Shown here: piece by piece, positions 59,483 through 64,000 of the stretch
Layout of the letters: the number at the start of each line of letters is the position of its first letter
Position numbering within the stretch: the stretch's first letter is position 1
IMG/VR virus record: IMGVR_UViG_3300002460_000003
Coordinates: 24,042-88,041 of that record
From: a virus
DNA length: 64,000 nt
Strand: one strand, 5' to 3'
Program-made: the position numbers and the translations under genes
The notes under the pieces: generated by a model
Told to the model about the DNA's origin: nothing
The model's input: only the letters and a program-made list of their open reading frames with translations
Database searches by the model: none

Positions 59483-62400
59483 TTGACAGGCTGTTGAAGC
59501 TGGCTTAGAATCTGTACATAGAAAACAAACAGAGGGTTGAATAATGATCTATATAGAAATTACTCTTAACAACGTGGTCTGTGCCAAGCGTTGTCCTAAG
59601 TTCGTAGACGACCACGGCATGGTTAATACACAAGCCATTAGGAATTATTTCTGTAGTTTAGGGTATGAGGTAGGGCACATTCGGTTGTGCTAGCTTTAAA
59701 ATAAACCCTTGACAGCCCCACTCAACCTGCTAAACTTACACCTACAGAAGCAAAACACTCACTAAAAGGATACAGAAAATGAAGATTAATATTAACGGTA
59801 AGACTGTAAACGTGATAAAAGTCAAGGCCATTCAAAACAATGGTGCGTGGTTGAATGTTTATGTTGATAATGCAGACAACCACGGAATTCCAGTAGCTTG
59901 CCACTCCGTTCCTAAACAGTGGTTCGACAGTAAAGAACAAGCAGTGATAAAAACAGGCGGTAATGTGTATAAACACATCTAAATAAATTCTTGACATAGA
60001 ATTTTAGCGGCTTATACTAGAAACAAGCCAGAGCAATTAAGCAAAGGCAACCTAAAAAGGATACAGAAAATGAACAGCATCCATGAAGTCCTCACCTACG
60101 GTTCGGTCGTAGCATCCAACGAAGACATGGACATTCTGATCACTGTAAATGGGGCTTACTTTAATATCTGGTGTGGTGACTACTCGGGTAAGTATCAAAA
60201 CACCGATTGCCGTGCAACTAGCTTTGAAAATGGTCTGTATGGCCAGGATATGGTGAAAGTGGTAGAGAAGGCCGAAGCAATCCTAGAAGAAATACTGTCT
60301 AGCGACAACGGTGACTCTGAAGAGGATGAAGAATAAATAATCCCAAAAAGCCCTTGCATAGTCTTGGGCTTTTTGCTATTCTGAGCTTACACAAACAAAG
60401 CAGAACATAGGCTAATGACTCTTCTGAAGCTCTTCCTAATGACTCATCACATACCTGTGAAAATATCTACAAATGAGGGCTTGACATACTACAAAACAGT
60501 GTCTAAGATGGTAGGTAGGAAGTTGGAACATAGTCTTTATGGTTTTATTATTAATTGAAAGGTGATCCTCATGTACAAACTAACTGTTATCCGCACTGGC
60601 TCAACATATGTACACACTAGTGAACACTCTACAATTGCAGAAGCCGTTGATGAATTGAGTGGAAGGGTTATTATGCGGATCACCAAACGTCAAGCGGACA
60701 AGATTGCAGATGATGTTAGGCTTTACGATGATTGTCAATGGAAGCATAAAAACTTCATGATGGTTTTGGAGATTGTATAACATGAAAAAGCAATTAAGCT
60801 TCGCACAGCGTCTAGCTCTTCAAGTACACTCTGCCAGTACAATGACAAAGGGTGTGACAACACCATACGGCTTTGAAGCTTATGCAAAGATAGCTGCTAG
60901 CTGTCAGGGTAAGAGGCTGGTTAGAGATTGGCGATAAAATAAATTGAAAATAGTGGTTGACTTCGATTCTAGCTGTGCCATAATTACCCAACGAAACGCA
61001 AACACACCTGCACAACGGAGTAAGACAGATGACCAAGAATCAAGCAGAGTGGGCGAGCAATCACGACTGGTTTACTAGCTATTATGAAGACCTAGACGGC
61101 GTGTGGGTTGTTGTAGTCAAAGACCCGATTGAAGGTGGCGAACTCCATCGCTCTCAATTCATTAGCCTTGTAGAGTTGAAAGCATGGGCAGGCTACTAAA
61201 ATAAATCAACAAAAGCTGTTGACAAGCTAGCTGGATGCTGTAGACTGATAAACAAGAAAGGCGAATTGGTGACCTAATAAATGGGTCTGTTGCCTACTGG
61301 AGAGATGATATGATTTTTATTGAAGGTTGTGGCTCACATGGTGACGATTTTATGTTCAAGATTGAACAGCACAACGAACACAAGAAATTTTGTATCCAAG
61401 TCAACCGATTTGGTGAACGTGCAGAATGGTTTGGCTGGTGTGAAGATATTGAAACCTGTAAAAAGTGGTTGGATTCTAAAATAAAAGCTTGACACCATAT
61501 CCTGACAGGCTATACTAGACACAACAGAGCAAGAAACCTAACCAAGTAAAAGACGTAATCGGAGATTACCACCATGACCAACACTATCAGCTTCACTCGC
61601 ATCAAGAATGACATCAACGGCAATCCTCGTTATGTTTGCCACTTCTTGACTCTGAATACTCAAGAAGAGTTGGATGCTATCGGCGATGCTTGGATTAGTG
61701 ACAAATACGCTATTGCTTGTGGTCGTGCCAAGTCTATCGGTGGTAAGCGCTTCCATAACAAGCAATATGGTGGTGGTATTGTGTTTCAGTCTTACAACCT
61801 CGATTGTGAGGTTGAGGCAATTAATCGGGCGACTGGCAAGGCATACACTGGATACGTTTGTAACTAATTCAAATTCTTTTCAAAAAGCCCTTGACTGACA
61901 TCAAGGGCTTTGCCATAATAGTCCTACTGAGAAGCAAACCACAGAAGAGAAAAGAAAATGACTTACACACTGATGACTCAAGAACACGCCACTACAGAAC
62001 AAGAATACCGCACCATTGAATCAGTAACCTTTGCTCATAAGATGGGTGAGAATGGCGGATTCTATAAAGTACAGCTGATTGACGAAAGCGGTATCATCAT
62101 TACAGAATGGAAGGCATAGTATGTGGATTAGTACAGACAAAGAGCTACCAGACGAATTATTTAGCTATGGTTGTGAGTCTGTTGATGTTATGGTTGCAGC
62201 TAAACCATACAATGTGTGGGAGTACGGCATCGCCTATTGTGTACGCCATAAAGATGGCGTGTCATGGGTCAGCTCAAACGAAAGGATTTTAAATAAACCG
62301 CTTTATTGGTCATACATTAATCCTCCTGAAATTGAGGTTTTATAATGCAAACAGTAAAACTGAAAGGTATTGAAGGCGACTTCCACATACAACAAGAACA

Positions 62401-62625
62401 AGGTGTTTTTGTCACCCTTCTAGCCATGCAATGGCAAAACATTGATGGCAACCTATTCTATATGCCTACAAAGATAGGTTTTAAAGAATGGCAAGCAATG
62501 GGTGGCAGTCTAAGTAGTGAAGCTAAAATCAAATACAGCTATGGTGAGCTGTCATGCCATAAGAATCAGATTGTCGATTAAGTAGTAAAATAAAGCTTTA
62601 CATGCCTTCAATCCTTTGCTATTCT
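59483..62625 (+). promoter_or_regulatory. array of strong sigma70 early promoters (-35 at 59483, 59709, 59991, 60354, 60481, 60957, 61219, 61489, 61891, 62597)
   Basis: TTGACA/TTGACT/TTGCAT/TTTACA with 16-17 bp spacers and TAnnnT or CATAAT -10 boxes; A-rich upstream tracts. Confidence 0.75.
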
Positions 62626-63529
62626 TTAATCACTGAGAAGCAAAACGCTTCCAGATGAGGAGTAACAGACATGATTTATAAGACTTTCACCATTTGGGTT
62701 AGCTTCGACAACGGCCAATCTTCTAAAGACTTTCAAGTAGTGGCAATCGATGCTAAATCAGCAATTCAAGACATTACAGAAGCTTATGGTGAGTGTCTGG
62801 TCATTAATCATGATATGGGTGTTTAGACATGAAAGAACAAATTAATTTCCGTAAAGCTTGGAACACTTACAATGTAGAGGCAAACGCTAAGCTACCTAAA
62901 AACATTACCAAAGAATATGCCTTTGTTCTAAAGTGTCACTATTGTTTAGGTCAGGCAACTAAACAAGGTCTTGAAGTTAAGGATGAGGTGTCGGTACTTA
63001 AAGCGCTTAATGATATGGAGAACAAAAACATTCCGTTAAACATCACAAGATTACTGACGTACATTAAGTAAGTAGGAGGTACTATGAAAACAGTTGTTTT
63101 ATATAAGTCAATTATAAATGACGATGAGTGTGAATATTATATCTTTTATCACTGGGAAGAGTTTAAAGGTGAAATGGTGTGGATTTGTGATGAATTGGAA
63201 CGATGGACGTATGATGAGGCATGTTTAAAGTACCCTGTTGATGAATATCGTTGGAGGCAAGCAGACCGCGACATTGAAGACATTTTAGAGGATGATAGAA
63301 TTAATACTTATAGTGCATTAAACCTAAACCAATGAAACGGTATTCAATACGTAGTACAATTGGTTATGCTTATGCACAATTCCCAGCAAACAACAAAGCT
63401 GAAGCTTTAGAGTGTGCTGTAAGACATGCAAACCACATGGATATTGAATATTACACAGTGGCTTATGTAGGTAAGTGGTACGGAGACGATAACCCGCAAG
63501 AGTACCACGTTAAAATTACTACCAATTAG
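59779..63529 (+). other. small early ORFs (59779..59982, 60070..60336, ~60571..60780, 61310..61492, 61574..61867, ~62121..62345, 62345..62581, 62829..63071, 63084..63335, 63332..63529, plus several under 60 aa)
   Basis: Each has an RBS, most lie directly behind their own promoter; no functional motif recognised. Confidence 0.6.
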
Positions 63530-63538
63530 CAACAAAAC

Positions 63539-63560
63539 AGGCCGCTTTATGCGGCCTTTC
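63539..63560 (+). terminator. terminator ending the early region
   Basis: AGGCCGC-TTTAT-GCGGCCT followed by TT. Confidence 0.65.
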
Positions 63561-63700
63561 ACATACCCTATACAACCCCACTCCCTACACTCTAAAGCAT
63601 CTAAAACAACGCTGTACTATAGGATAATAGACAATATCAGGCTATCTATCAAGTCACTCTCTGCTAGCCTTCTAAATACCCTTCAAAGCCTTATGAATAC

Positions 63701-63774
63701 TTATCCACAGACTTATCCACAACCTCTAAGCTATTACTTAAAATAGTACATACCTGTGGATAACCTGTGGATAA
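63701..63774. promoter_or_regulatory. cluster of four perfect DnaA boxes
   Basis: TTATCCACA at 63701 and 63713; TGTGGATAA at 63755 and 63766. Confidence 0.8.
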
Positions 63775-64000
63775 CTTTAATCACTGTAAGAGTGTATCGA
63801 ATTAGTGACAATGTCCTTCCTCCCTATCACATCCTTTAAAACCCTTTATGGGTTAAGCACACTAACATCCCACTATCAACCCTTTTCTCATCTTATTTAC
63901 AAATTTCTTTTCTCTATCACCTTCTACCAATCGATTAATACATTCAATTGTACAGATAGCTGCTGCTGACAGATAATAAACCCATCGAAGTAAACAACCA

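Noticed and set aside
3177-62292. Many 60-190 aa antisense or nested ORFs in the track (e.g. 4912..5247, 15478..15846, 34239..34751, 40887..41453)
   Set aside because: Shadow frames of well-supported genes, without RBS or recognisable motifs
59483-62660. CRISPR-like array in the repeated early region
   Set aside because: Repeats are degenerate promoter/leader motifs separated by ORFs of variable length; no cas genes
63549-63746. 65-aa ORF across the terminator and DnaA boxes
   Set aside because: Starts inside the terminator hairpin, has no RBS, and its YPQ repeats are just translated DnaA boxes

Overview
This is a 64-kb segment of an AT-rich lytic myovirus genome. Gene order and protein families resemble the PAK_P1/phiPsa374-type Pseudomonas myoviruses; host and taxon are inferred, not shown. 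Layout: end of a tRNA cluster (Asn, Thr), then a + strand packaging/head/contractile-tail/baseplate/fibre/lysis module (1.8-27.6 kb). A convergent terminator separates it from a - strand nucleotide-metabolism and replication module (RNA ligase, glutaredoxin, nrdAB, thyX, exonuclease, SSB, family A DNA polymerase, primase-helicase; 27.6-48.9 kb). Next come divergent promoters and a + strand region of small early genes in repeated sigma70 promoter cassettes with a lone tRNA-Arg (49-63.5 kb), then a non-coding end. Features the ORF track misses: (1) an ORF-less 245-nt group I intron splitting the terminase Walker A motif; (2) two core genes (baseplate wedge, primase-helicase) that appear to start at ATT in an identical GTATC-ATT context; (3) a -1 frameshift tail chaperone; (4) two promoter-driven, highly structured candidate ncRNAs at the strand-divergence point; (5) a small early protein resembling a catalytically dead mini ABC/AAA_21-DUF3696 ATPase, possibly a defence decoy; (6) four perfect DnaA boxes in 74 bp near the window end. 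All family calls come from motif recognition by eye; no searches were run.
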